Positions 24,317-38,000 of a stretch of DNA of 64,000 nucleotides are shown here, piece by piece (within the stretch, counting starts at the first letter, position 1; every line of letters starts with the position of its first letter). Origin of the DNA: Macrostomum lignano (lineage: Eukaryota); the NCBI GenBank assembly GCA_002269645.1, contig NIVC01000753.1:248001-312000 (forward strand), written 5' to 3'. The notes below the pieces were generated by a model. The model was not told the DNA's origin. It was given only the letters and a program-made list of their open reading frames with translations, and did no database searches. The translations under genes were made by a program, and so were the position numbers.

Positions 24317-26652
24317 CGAGTGGAACTCCTCCTTCGGAGGAGAAAGGGGAAGAACTCCCATCACCGGAATTCCATTCCCTGAATTATCCATCAACTGAAA
24401 TTCCATGTCTTGAATCCCATCTTCCAAATCGTCTCCAAATTCTTTACAAACCTTTAAAAGACCATAGCTCAAAGACTCTTACGTCTCTCATATCTACTCT
24501 CTCCTCTCTTCGCTATTATCGTGACTCGCTTCTCTCTCCTCTCTCTCATCTCATCTCTACCCCTACTCTCTTATTTATCTCTACTCCCTTATTTATCTCT
24601 TCTCCCTCGTCTTTCGTCTTTCTCTTCTCCCTCTCCTGTTTACTCTCCTATCTTCTATCTTATCTCTCCCCTTTTCTCTCCTCTCTCATATCTCATCTCT
24701 AATCACTTATCTATCGTCTCCGCTCTACTTTCTCTCTTCCCTTTTCTCTCTTCTCTCTGCTCTCATTTCTCGTATCTCTTATACGCTCTCAACCTCTCCT
24801 TTCTTATCTCCCATTTTTCTTCCCTCCTTTCTACTGCATCACCTGTCTCTTCTCCTCTCTTTTCTCTCCTCTCCATTCTCTCTTCTCTTCTCTCATCTCC
24901 CCTCATCTCTTCTCTAATCTCTAATCTCTTCTCTCTCTTATTTTCTCACTCATCTCTTTTCTCATTGCATCTCTCATCTCTCCTCTCTCTCCTCTCATCT
25001 GTACTATCTTATTTATCTCTTCTCCCAGGTCTTTCAAATTTACTCTCTCCTGTCTCCTCTCTCCCCTCGTCTTTCCTCTCTCATATCTCTTCTCTACTCA
25101 CTTATCTATTCTCTCTCCTCTGCTCCCCTTTTACACTTTCCTATATGCTTTCACTCTCACCCTCCCCTTTCTTATCTGCTGTTTTTACACTCCTTTCTAC
25201 CACCTGTCTCATCTCGTTTCTCTCCTCTCTGCACTCTCATCTTTACCCTCTTCTTTCTCCTCACTACTTTCTTCTCTTAAATCTCTGATCTCTGATCTTT
25301 CATCTCTCTCCTCTCACCTCTCACCTCTCTCCTCTCTTTCCTCTCTTCTATTGCCTCTGTACGCTCTTATCCCTCCTTTCTTCTCTCTCCTGTCTCCTCT
25401 CTGCTATCTCACATCTCCTCTCTCATATCCTCTCCCTTCATCTCCTCTCTCCTCTTCTCTTCTCTCTCCTTCGTTCCCGCCTTACTCCCCTCTTCTCTCC
25501 CATCTGTCATGTCTAATCTCTCCACTCATTTCTACTCTGTTTTCTATCATCTCATCTCTCTTCTCTTTTCATTCTTCTCTTTACTCTCTTCTCTGACTGA
25601 TTGAAGATGCCAAATCCATCAAGATCCTCTCCGCGAAGCAGAAAAATCCTGTCCGTGCAACTGAAAACCATCGAAATCCTCTCCGTGAAACTGGACTCCT
25701 TCGAAATCCTCTCCTTGAAACTTAAATCCATCAAAATGGTCTCCATAAAACAGAAATCAATCATAAAATTATCTCCGCGAAACAGAAATCCTCTCCGTGA
25801 AGCTGAACATCATCGAAATCCTCTCCGTGAAACTGAACATCATCGAAATCCTTTCCACGAAACTGAACACCATTGAAATCCTCTCCACGAAACTGAACAC
25901 CATCGAAATCCTCTCCACGAAACAGAAATCCTCTTCGTCAAAATTAAAACATTGAAATCGTCTCTGCTAAACTGGACTCAATCGAATTTTTTCCGTCAAA
26001 CAACTCAACTCTCCGGATTCATTGGTTAGGGTTAGGGTTAGGGTTAGGGTTAGGGTTAGAACTACGCACTGCTTCGTGTTAAAAGGCACTGATAAAAATA
26101 TTAAACTAATTGAATCAATTCATTGCGCAACTGATTTCACAGTCAGTCAGTCAATCTAGCCTATGGAGAGAAAAAAGGCGCCAATAATAAAACCAATTGA
26201 ATCTCGACACAGTCCTATCTATTTACACTGTACAACTGCTATGTACACTCAGCCCAAGCCCAACCCCCGTTCTGGGGGAAGCATTAAATTTAACTCGACC
26301 CCCCAATACGCGGGGGGTTTTATTTGCATTGAACGCAGAACACGCGCACCCACCACCCCTCAATACACAGCGGCCCGCGGGCGGAGGTTGGGGTGGCTAT
26401 TTTTACAAACTGGCTGCAGCCCCAGTCAGAGTGGCCAAAGAAGGTTATTGGGGGTTAAAAAAGCAGTTTTCTGCGTTTTTAGGGATGTTAAAATGTGAAA
26501 ATTAAAAATTAAAATAGCCTAAAGCCTGCTCCGGAAAATTTGCAGTTTTCCCATATAAGTTTCGACGCTGACTTGGCAGTATTGTAGGAGTTCACTTGCT
26601 ACATACAGACAGACAGACAGACAAACATCGCAGCAGTTTTAGTATTAGGAGA
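24317..26652 (-). mobile_element. Non-autonomous Helitron, family 2, unit E2
   Basis: 5' TCTCCTAATACTAAAAC followed by (GTCT)n; 3' hairpin CTCCTCC-CGAA-GGAGGAG then TTCCACTCG, abutting the TC of E1. Confidence 0.75.
26024..26059. repeat. (GGTTAG)6 telomere-like repeat in E2; 3-unit copies at 27618-27635 and 30210-30227
   Basis: Read directly at homologous positions in E2, E3 and E4. Confidence 0.92.
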
Positions 26653-28549
26653 CGAGGCCAACTCCTCCTCTGGAGGAGAAAGGGGAAGAACTCCCATCAC
26701 CGGAATTCCATTCCCTGAAATCCATCAGCTGAAATTCCATGACTTGAATCCCATCTTCCAAATCATCTCCAAATCCTCTGTAAAGCCTTTCAAATACCAT
26801 ATCTTGTTTTCCCTGTTCGCAAAAACTGACTGCCATTGTCCAGACTCAGATTCTTCTGTCTCCTCTCTTCTCTTTTCTCTCCTCTCACGTCTCTCATCTC
26901 TACCAACTTATTTATCTCTTCTCCCTCGTCTTTCGTCTTTCTCTCCTGTCTCCTTTATCCCCTGTTTTCTTCTCTCTCCTCTCTTCTCTCCTCTCTCATC
27001 TCACATCCCTCATGCCTCATCTCACTATTTCTTTCTCCTCTACTCTCAGCTCCTCTCTTTTCTCTCCTCTCATCTCTCCTGTCTCCCTCTGCTATCTCAT
27101 ATCTTCCCTCTCATCTCCTCTCTCCTCTTTTCTTCTCTCTCCCTCTTCGTTCCCGCCTTACTCCCCTCTTCTCTCCCATCTGTCATGTCTAATCTGTCCT
27201 CTCTCATCTCTACTCTCTTTTCTATAATCTCTTCTCTCTTCTCTTTTCACTCTTGTCTTTACTCTCTTTACTGACTGACTGAAGATACCAAAATCCCTCC
27301 GTGAAACAGAAATCCTCTCCGCGAAACAGAAATCCTCTCCGCGAAACAGAAATCCTCTCCGCGAAACAGAAATCCTCTCCGCGAAACAGAAATCCTCTCC
27401 GCGAAACAGAAACCCTCTCCGTGAAACTGGGCTCCATGGAAATCCTCTGAGTGAAACTGACATCCATCAAAATCGTCTCCGTAAAACAGAAATACATCTA
27501 GATTCTCTCCACGAAAAAGAAATCCTCTCCGTGAAACCGAAAACCATCAGAATACTCCGTGAAACTGGACTCAATCGAAATTTTCTCTGTCAAAAAGAAC
27601 TTAACTCTTAGTTCATTGGTTAGGGTTAGGGTTAGAGCTGCCCAGAGCTGCGTGTTGAATTAATTGAATCAATTAATTGCGCAAACCATTTCTCAGTCAG
27701 ACAGTATCAGTCTTATTTAAAGTTAAATAAACGGTTGCGCAATCTAAATCAACCCTCCAATACGCAGCGGCAGACCCCCTTCCAATACGCCCAACTTTAT
27801 CTATTACGTCTCGCAAAACTGAGTACAATTTTTGCAGAAAGTTAAAAGTATGGAAATAGTTTTTTAAATGCTGTGCTTTTTCTTTTCATATTTAAAGCAT
27901 ACAACTTATATCCCCGAACTCAGCGTTGCAAGATCTTTCCAGCAATATAAGTCTCTCCTCTCAAAGTTTAAAACTCGAGGAACAGTTAGCGTTTGAAATT
28001 TACCGATTTCCCGACTGCTTGCTAGAGAAGCTCGCAAGTTTATTCATTGAATTTCACTGCCAAACTAATACACAGGGCTGCCAATAATAAAACCAAATGA
28101 ATCTCGACACAGTCTATCTATTTACACTGTACAACTGCTATGTACACTCAGCCCAAGCCCAACCCCCGTTCTGGGGGAATCATTAAATTTAACTCAACCC
28201 CCAACAGGCGGGGGTTTGATTTGCATTGAACCCAGAACACGCGCACCCACCACCCCTCAATACACAGCGGCCCGCGGGCGGAGGTTGGGGTGGCTATTTT
28301 TACAAACTGGCTGCAGCCCCAGTCAGAGTGGCCAAAGAAGGTTATTGGGGGTTAAAAAAGCAGTTTTCTGCTTTTTTAGGGATGTTAAAATGTGAAAATT
28401 AAAAATTAAAATAGCCTAAAGCCTGCTCCGGAAAATTTGCAGTTTTCCCATATAAGTTTCGACGCTGACTTGGCAGTATTGTAGGAGTTCACTTGCTACA
28501 TACAGACAGACAGACAGACAAACATCGCAGCAGTTTTAGTATTAGGAGA
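26653..28549 (-). mobile_element. Non-autonomous Helitron, family 2, unit E3 (1,897 bp)
   Basis: Same 5' terminus as E2; 3' hairpin CTCCTCC-AGA-GGAGGAG then TTGGCCTCG; internal 20-bp array (GAAACAGAAATCCTCTCCGC)n at ~27300-27420. Confidence 0.78.
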
Positions 28550-31500
28550 CGAGGCCAACTCCTCCTCTGGAGGAGAAAGGGGAAGAACTCCCATCACCGG
28601 AATTCCATTCCCTGAAATCCATCAGCTGAAATTCCATGACTTGAATCCCATCTTCCAAATCATCTCCAAATCCTCTGTAAAGCCTTTCAAATACCATATC
28701 TTGTTTTCCCTGTTCGCAAAAACTGACTGCCATTGTCCAGACTCAGATTCTTCTGTCTCCTCTCTTCTCTTTTCTCTCCTCTCACGTCTCTCATCTCTAC
28801 CAACTTATTTATCTCTTCTCCCTCGTCTTTCGTCTTTCTCTCCTGTCTCCTTTATCCCCTGTTTTCTTCTCTCTCCTCTCTTCTCTCCTCTCTCATCTCA
28901 CATCCCTCATGCCTCATCTCACTATTTCTTTCTCCTCTACTCTCAGCTCCTCTCTTTTCTCTCCTCTCATCTCTCCTGTCTCCCTCTGCTATCTCATATC
29001 TTCCCTCTCATCTCCTCTCTCCTCTTTTCTTCTCTCTCCCTCTTCGTTCCCGCCTTACTCCCCTCTTCTCTCCCATCTGTCATGTCTAATCTGTCCTCTC
29101 TCATCTCTACTCTCTTTTCTATAATCTCTTCTCTCTTCTCTTTTCACTCTTGTCTTTACTCTCTTTACTGACTGACTGAAGATACCAAAATCCCTCCGTG
29201 AAACAGAAATCCTCTCCGCGAAACAGAAATCCTCTCCGCGAAACAGAGGCCAACTCCTCCTCTGGAGGAGAAAGGGGAAGAACTCCCATCACCGGAATTC
29301 CATTCCCTGAAATCCATCAGCTGAAATTCCATGACTTGAATCCCATCTTCCAAATCATCTCCAAATCCTCTGTAAAGCCTTTCAAATACCATATCTTGTT
29401 TTCCCTGTTCGCAAAAACTGACTGCCATTGTCCAGACTCAGATTCTTCTGTCTCCTCTCTTCTCTTTTCTCTCCTCTCACGTCTCTCATCTCTACCAACT
29501 TATTTATCTCTTCTCCCTCGTCTTTCGTCTTTCTCTCCTGTCTCCTTTATCCCCTGTTTTCTTCTCTCTCCTCTCTTCTCTCCTCTCTCATCTCACATCC
29601 CTCATGCCTCATCTCACTATTTCTTTCTCCTCTACTCTCAGCTCCTCTCTTTTCTCTCCTCTCATCTCTCCTGTCTCCCTCTGCTATCTCATATCTTCCC
29701 TCTCATCTCCTCTCTCCTCTTTTCTTCTCTCTCCCTCTTCGTTCCCGCCTTACTCCCCTCTTCTCTCCCATCTGTCATGTCTAATCTGTCCTCTCTCATC
29801 TCTACTCTCTTTTCTATAATCTCTTCTCTCTTCTCTTTTCACTCTTGTCTTTACTCTCTTTACTGACTGACTGAAGATACCAAAATCCCTCCGTGAAACA
29901 GAAATCCTCTCCGCGAAACAGAAATCCTCTCCGCGAAACAGAAATCCTCTCCGCGAAACAGAAATCCTCTCCGCGAAACAGAAATCCTCTCCGCGAAACA
30001 GAAACCCTCTCCGTGAAACTGGGCTCCATGGAAATCCTCTGAGTGAAACTGACATCCATCAAAATCGTCTCCGTAAAACAGAAATACATCTAGATTCTCT
30101 CCACGAAAAAGAAATCCTCTCCGTGAAACCGAAAACCATCAGAATACTCCGTGAAACTGGACTCAATCGAAATTTTCTCTGTCAAAAAGAACTTAACTCT
30201 TAGTTCATTGGTTAGGGTTAGGGTTAGAGCTGCCCAGAGCTGCGTGTTGAATTAATTGAATCAATTAATTGCGCAAACCATTTCTCAGTCAGACAGTATC
30301 AGTCTTATTTAAAGTTAAATAAACGGTTGCGCAATCTAAATCAACCCTCCAATACGCAGCGGCAGACCCCCTTCCAATACGCCCAACTTTATCTATTACG
30401 TCTCGCAAAACTGAGTACAATTTTTGCAGAAAGTTAAAAGTATGGAAATAGTTTTTTAAATGCTGTGCTTTTTCTTTTCATATTTAAAGCATACAACTTA
30501 TATCCCCGAACTCAGCGTTGCAAGATCTTTCCAGCAATATAAGTCTCTCCTCTCAAAGTTTAAAACTCGAGGAACAGTTAGCGTTTGAAATTTACCGATT
30601 TCCCGACTGCTTGCTAGAGAAGCTCGCAAGTTTATTCATTGAATTTCACTGCCAAACTAATACACAGGGCTGCCAATAATAAAACCAAATGAATCTATCA
30701 GTCTTATTTAAAGTAAATAAACGGTTGCGCAATCTAAATCAACCCTCCAATACGCAGCGGCAGACCCCCTTCCAATACGCCCAACTTTATCTATTACGTC
30801 TCGCAAAACTGAGTACAATTTTTGCAGAAAGTTAAAAGTATGGCAATAGTTTTTTAAATGCTGTGCTTTTTCTTTTCATATTTAAAGCATACAACTTATA
30901 TCCCCGAACTCAGCGTTGCAAGATCTTTCCAGCAATATAAGTCTCTCCTCTCAAAGTTTAAAACTCGAGGAACAGTTAGCGTTTGAAATTTACCGATTTC
31001 CCGACTGCTTGCTAGAGAAGCTCGCAATTCATTGAATTTCACTGCCAAACTAATACACAGGGCTGCCTATGGAGAAAAAAGGCGCCAATAATAAAACCAA
31101 TTGAATCTCGACACAGTCCTGACTCCTATCTATCTGTTTACACTGTACAACTGCTATGTACACTCAGCCCAAGCCCAACCCCCGTTCTGGGGAAGCATTA
31201 AATTTAACTGAACCCCCCAACACGCGGGGGGTTTTATTTCCACTCGCACCAACCACCCCTCAATACACAGCGGCCCGCGGGCGGAGGTTGGGGTGGCTAT
31301 TTTTACAAACTGGCTTCAGCCCCAGGCAGAGTAGCCAAAGAAGGTTATTGGGGGTTAAAAAAGCAGTTTTCTGCTTTTTTAGGGACGTTAAAATGTGAAA
31401 ATTAAAAATTAAAATAGCCTAAAGCCTGCTCCGGAAAATTTGCAGTTTTCCCATATAAGTTTCAACGCTGACTTGGCAGAATTGTAGGAGTTCACTTGCT

Positions 31501-31581
31501 ACATACAGACAGACATACAGACAGACAAACATCGCGTCAGTTTTAGGAAGAGGAAGAAGAAGAGAGAGAGAGGAAAGGAGA
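28550..31581 (-). mobile_element. Non-autonomous Helitron, family 2, unit E4 with internal 695-bp and ~400-bp tandem duplications
   Basis: 3' end identical to E3. 5' end A|TCTCCT…CTAAAAC is expanded by a CT-rich insert. Duplicated segments give ORFs identical to those in E3. Confidence 0.75.
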
Positions 31582-34425
31582 TATGGTGGCTCTTTTATGT
31601 TTGACATAGTGGCTCCTTTAGGTTTGAAATGGTGGCTCTTTAATGTTTAACATTGTGGCTCTTTAATGTTTGACATGGTGGCTTTTTAATGTTCGACATA
31701 GTGGCTCTTATAGGTTTGAAACGGTGGCTCTTTAATGTTTGACATGGTGGCTTTTTTATGTTTGACATGGTGGCTCTTGTATGTTCGACATGGTGGCTCT
31801 TTTAATGGTCGACATGGTGGCTCTTTAATGTTCTTCATGTTGGCTCTTTTATGTTTGACATGCTGGCTTTTTTATGTTTGACATGGTGGCTCTTTTATGT
31901 TCGACATGGTGGCTCTTTTATGTTCTACATGGCTGCTCCTTTATGTTTGACATGGTGGCTCTTGTATGTTCGACATGGTCGCTCTTTTAGGTTTGAAATG
32001 GTGGCTCTTTAATATTTGACAAGGTGGCCCTTTAATGTTTAACATGGTGGCTCTTTAAATTTCGAAATGGTGGCTCCTTAATTTTCGAAATGGTGGCTGT
32101 TTTATGTTTGACATGGTGGCTCTTTAATGTTCGACATGGTGGCTCTTTAATGTTCTTAATGGTGTCTGTTTTATGTTTGACATGGTGGCTCTTTATTGTT
32201 CGACATGGTGGCTCTTTTATGTTCGAAATGGTGGCTCTTTAATGTTCGACATGGTGGCTCCTTTAGGTTTGAAATGGTGGCTCTTTAATGTTTGACATTG
32301 TGGCTCTTTAATATTTGACAATGTGGCTCTTTAATGTTCAACATGGTGGCTCCTTAATTTTCGAAATGGTGGCTCCTTAATTTTCGAAATGGTGGCTGTT
32401 TTATGTTTGACATGGTGGCTCTTTAATGTTCAACATGGTGGCTCTTTTATGTTCGACATGGTGGCTGTTTTATGTTCTACATGGCTGCTCCTTTATGTTT
32501 GACATGGTGGCTCTTGTATGTTCGACATGGTCGCTCTTTTAGGTTTGAAATGGTGGCTCTTTAATATTTGACAAGGTGGCTCTTTAATGTTCGACATGGT
32601 GGCTCTTTAATGTTCTTAATGGTGTCCGTTTTATGTTCGACATGGTGGCTCTTTAATTTTTAACATAGTAACTCTTTTACATGTATGTTTGATATGGTGG
32701 CTCTTTTATGTTTCACATGGTGGCTCTTTAATGTTCGACATGGTGGCTCCTTTAGGTTTGAAATTGTGGCTCTTTAATGTTTGACATTGTGGCTCTTTAA
32801 TGTTTGACATGGTGGCTTTTTAATGTTCGACATGGTGGCTCTTTTAGGTTTGAAACGGTGGCTCTTTAATGTTTGACATGGTGACTCTTTAATGTTTGAC
32901 ATGGAGGCTCTTGTATGTTCGACATGGTGGCTCCTTTAGGTTTGAAATGGTGGCTCTTTAATGTTTGACATTGTGGCTTTTTAATGTTTGACATGGTGGC
33001 TTCTTAATGTTGACATGGTGGCTCTTTTAGGTTTGAAATGGTGGCTCTTTAATATTTGACAAGGTGGCTCTTTAATGTTCGACATGGTGGCTCTTTAATG
33101 TTTGACATGGTGGCTCTTTTAGATTTGAAATGGTGGGTCTTTAATGCTTGACAATGTGGCTCTTTAATGTTTGACATGGCTGCTCTTTAATGTTCGATAT
33201 GGTGGCTCTTTTATGTTCAACATGGTGGCTCTTTAATGTTTGACATGGTGGCTTTTGAATGTTCGACATGGTGGCTCTTTAATGTTTGACATGGTGGCTC
33301 TTTTAGGTTTGAAATGGTGGCTTTTTAATGTTCTACATGGTAACTCTTTTATGTTTGATACGGTTGCTTTTTAATGTCTGACATGTTGTCTCTTTTATGT
33401 TTGACATGGTGGCTCTTTAATGTTTGACATGGTAACTCTTTTATGTTTGATATGGTGGCTCTTTTATGTTCGACATGGTGGCTCTTTAATGTTCGACATG
33501 GTGGCTCCTTTAGGTTTGAAATGGTGGCTCTTTAATGTTTGACATTGTGGCTCTTTTATGTTCGACATGGTGGCTCTTTTAGGTTTGACATGGTGGCTCT
33601 TTAATATTTGACATAAAGTCACATATATGTTTGACATAGTGGCTCCTAAATGTTTGACATGGTGGCTCTTTAATGTTTGACATGGCTGCTCTTTAATGTT
33701 CGATATGGTGGCTCTTTTATGTTCAACATGGTGGCTCTTTAATGTTTGACATGGTGGCTTTTGAATGTTCGACATGGTGGCTCTTTAATGTTTGACATGG
33801 TGGCTTTTTTAGGTTTGAAATGGTGGCTTTTTAATGTTCTACATGGTAACTCTTTTATGTTTGATACGGTTGCTTTTTAATGTCTGACATGTTGTCTCTT
33901 TTATGTTTGACATGGTGGCTCTTTAATGTTTGACATGGTAACTCTTTTATGTTTGATATGGTGGCTCTTTTATGTTCGACATGGTGGCTCTTTAATGTTC
34001 GACATGGTGGCTCCTTTAGGTTTGAAATGGTGGCTCTTTAATGTTTGACATTGTGGCTCTTTTATGTTCGACATGGTGGCTCTTTTAGGTTTGACATGGT
34101 GGCTCTTTAATATTTGACATAAAGCCACATATATGTTTGACATAGTGGCTCCTAAATGTTTGACATGGTGGCTCTTTATGTTTGACATGGTGTCTCTTTT
34201 ATGTTCGACATGGTGGATCTTTTTTGTTCTACATGGTAACTCTTTTATGTTTGACATGGTGGCTCTTTTATGTTTGACATGGTGGCTCTTTTATGTTTGA
34301 CATGGTGGCTCTTAAATGTTTGACATGGTGGCTCTTTAATGTTCGACATGGTAGCTCTTTTATGTTTGACATGGTAACTCTTTTATGTTCGATATGTTGG
34401 CTCTTATATGTTTGACATTGCGCTT
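31582..34425. repeat. 23-bp satellite, right part of the unit C array
   Basis: Resumes in register after the nested insertion. Confidence 0.95.
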
Positions 34426-35016
34426 CTTTGATGTTTAGCAGTTTTGTTGTGTTTTTAAGGTGTTTTAATAAAAAAAATCTTTTTGCACTACTAAGATTCG
34501 AACCCAGGTCGCTACATTAGCATTCCAGTCTGTTCGCATCAGGGCTATCTCTTTTCAATTGGAGAACATGAATTGTGGCCCTTATAATTCAATTCTTACA
34601 GCAAGTCAATTGGAGTAAAAAGTTATGACATAATCAATTTCTCAGTCAGCCAGTATCAGTCTCAATTTAAGTTAGCAATATGGTTACGCAATTTCAATCA
34701 AGTCGTGTGTGCATTTCTTCGGCACTGTTTTCAACTTGTTGTGATGCAATCTTTATCACAATCGGAATTCAGTCAGTCAGTTTTTTCTCTAGCATTCTTA
34801 CAATGCATTTCAGGTCGAAAGAGCTGCTTGATCTTTGCAAAAAAGCATGTTTTTCGAATATTTAATCCCTTTAACATTGAGCAATTTCTTAGCCAAGATG
34901 CATGTACCGTCCCAGGAAAATTTCTGATTGAATGGTGCAAGTTTGAAGAAAATCGGTTGAGCCAATTTTTCTGAAATCTATCGCATACCCACAGACAACT
35001 CATTTTTAGTATATTA

Positions 35017-38000
35017 CTAGCAATCTTCGCCCCCCGTTGGGGGACATCTGGATAGAATCTCTGTTCTCTACAAGTAAGTAACAAAAAAATAGCGAAATAA
35101 AGCCTTCACAAAGAAAACAGACAAAATACTCAAATGAAGTGCAATGCAAAAAGAAATCATCGCAAGACAGCAAGCATCCCCCAGATAGTAAGCATCCCCC
35201 AGATAGCAAGCATCCCCCAGATAGCAAGCATCCCCCAGATAGCAAGCATCCCCCAGATAGCAAGCATCCCCCAGATAGCAAGCATCCCCCAGATAGCAAG
35301 CATCCCCCAGATAGCAAGCATCCCCCAGATAGCAAGCATCCCCCAGATAGCAAGCATCCCCAGATAGCAAGCATCCCCCAGATAGCAAGCATCCCCAAGA
35401 TAGATAGCATCCCCAAATAGCAAGCATCCACCAGACAATAAGTAGCTAGTGCGACAATTTCTTTAGCATTATAGCGGCTCCTTTAAAATTCACTTACTTT
35501 TACATTTGAAATTGTGTATATTTTATGTTTAACAGGGTGGCTCTTTTATGTTCTACATTGTGGCTCTTTTTGTTCAACATGGTAACTCTTTTATGTTTGA
35601 TACGGTGGCTTCCAATGTCTGACATGGTGGCTCTTCTATGTTTGACATGGTGGCTCTTCTATGTTTGACAAAGTGGCTCTTTAATGTTCGACATGGTGGC
35701 TCTTTAACGTTCGACATGGTGGTGCTTTAATGCTCAACATGGTGGCTCTTTATTGTTTGACATGGTGGCTCTTTAATGTTCTACATTGTGGCTCTTTAAG
35801 GTTCGACAGGGTGGCTCTTTAATGTTTGACATGGAGTCATGTATGTGTTAGACATGGAGTCATGTATATATTTGGCATGGAGTCACATATATGCTTTACG
35901 TGGTGGCTCTTTAATGTTCGACATGGTGGCTCTTTAACGTTCAACATGGTGACACTTTAATGTCTGAAATGATGGCTCTTTAATGTTTGACATGGAGTCA
36001 CGTATACGCTTGACATGGTGACTCGTTAATGTTTGACATGGTGGCTCTTTAACGTTCGACATGGTGGCTCTTTAATGTTAGACATGGTGGCTCTTTAATG
36101 TTTTACATGGTGGCTCTTTTATGTTCGACATGGTGGCTCTTTAACGTTCGACATGGTGGCTCTTTAATGTTCGACATGGAGTCACATATATGTTGGACAT
36201 GGTGGCTCTTTAATGTTGCATGTTGGACATGGTGGCTCTTTAATGTTCGACTTGGAGTCACATATATGTTAGACATGGTGGCTCTTTAATGTTGGACATG
36301 GTGGCTTTTTAATGTTCGACATGGTGACACTTTAATGTCTGAAATGATGGCTCTTTAATGTTTGACATGGAGTCACGTATACGCTTGACATAGTGACTCG
36401 TTAATGTTTGACATGGTGGCTCTTTAACGTTCGACATGGTGGCTCTTTAATGTTAGACATGGTGGCTCTTTAATGTTTTACATGGTGGCTCTTTTATGTT
36501 CGACATGGTGGCTCTTTAACGTTCGACATGGTGGCTCTTTAATGTTCGACATGGAGTCACATATATGTTGGACATGGTGGCTCTTTAATGTTGCATGTTG
36601 GACATGGTGGCTCTTTAATGTTAGACATGGTGGCTCTTTAATGTTCGACATGGAGTCACATATATGTTGGACATGGTGGCTCTTTAATGTTGCATGTTGG
36701 ACATGGTGGCTCTTTAATGTTAGACATGGTGGCTCTTTAAATTTTTTTCATGGTGGCTCTTAAATGTTTGACATGGTGGCTCTTTATTATTTGACATGGT
36801 GGCTCTTTAATGTTTGACATGGTGGTTCTTTAATGTTCGACATGGTGGCTCTTTAATGTTCAACGTGGTGGCTCTTTAATGTTCGAAAAAGTGGCTCCTT
36901 TATGTTTGACATGGTGGCTCTTTAATGTTTGACATGGTGGCTCTTTAATGTTTGACATTGTAGCTTTTAAATGTTCGACATGGTGGTTCTTTTACGTTTG
37001 ACATGGTGGCTCTTAAATGTTTGACATTGTAGCTCTTAAATGTTCGACATGGTGGTTCTTTTACGTTTGACATGGTGGCTCTTTAATTTTCGACATGTTG
37101 GCTCTTTTATGTTTGACATGGTAGCTCTTTAATTTTCGACAAAGTGGCTCTTTAATGTTTGACATGGTGGCTCGTTAATGTTTGACATGGTAGCTCTTTA
37201 ATTTTCGACATGTCGGCTCTTTTATGCTTGACATGGTAGCTCTTTAATGTTCGACATGGTGGTTCTTTATTGTTAGACATGGTGGCTCTTTTATGTTTGA
37301 CATGGTGGCTTTTTCACGTTCGACGTGGTGGCTCTTTAAAGTTTGACATGGTGGCTTTTTTATGTTTGACATGGTAGCTCTTTAATGTTCGACATGGTGG
37401 CTCTTTTAAGTATGACAAAGTGGCTCTTTAATTTTTGACATGGTGGCTCTTTAATGTTTGACATGGTGGCTCTTTAATGTTCGACATGTCGGTTCTTTTA
37501 CATTTGACATGGTGGCTGTTTAATGTTCGAAAAAGTGGTTCTTTATTGTTAGACATGTCGGCTCTTTTATGCTTGACATGGTAGCTCTTTAATGTTCGAC
37601 ATGGTGGTTCTTTATTGTTAGACATGGTGGCTCTTTTATGTTTGACATGGTGGCTTTTTCACGTTCGACGTGGTGGCTCTTTAAAGTTTGACATGGTGGC
37701 TTTTTTATGTTTGACATGGTAGCTCTTTAATGTTCGACATGGTGGCTCTTTTAAGTATGACAAAGTGGCTCTTTAATTTTTGACATGGTGGCTCTTTAAT
37801 GTTTGACATGGTGGCTCTTTAATGTTCGACATGTCGGTTCTTTTACGTTTGACATGGTGGCTCTTTAATGTTCGACATGGTGGTTCTTTTACGTTTGACA
37901 TGGTGGCTCTTTAATGTTCAACATGTCGGTTCTTTTACGTTTGACATGGTGGCTCTTTTATGTTTGACATGGAGTCACGTATATATGTTTTACATGGAGT

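Larger units (their letters stand above)
19834..35016 (-). mobile_element. Non-autonomous Helitron, family 1, unit C (5.3 kb net), split by the nested 9.8-kb insertion 21736-31581
   Basis: 3' hairpin CCCCC-ATC-GGGGG plus CTAG ending at 19834; 18-bp array 19985-20390; 23-bp array 20510-21735 resuming at 31582-34425; conserved 5' block 34440-35016 with a slightly altered terminus (TAATATACTAAAAA). Confidence 0.8.

Noticed and set aside
21871-29866. Leu/Ser-rich hydrophobic ORFs that mimic membrane proteins
   Set aside because: Artefacts of CT-rich low-complexity DNA, which lacks stop codons.
16180-30227. True chromosome end or fusion site at the TTAGGG repeats
   Set aside because: The repeats are only 3-10 units long, sit at homologous positions inside repeated elements, and genes continue on both sides.
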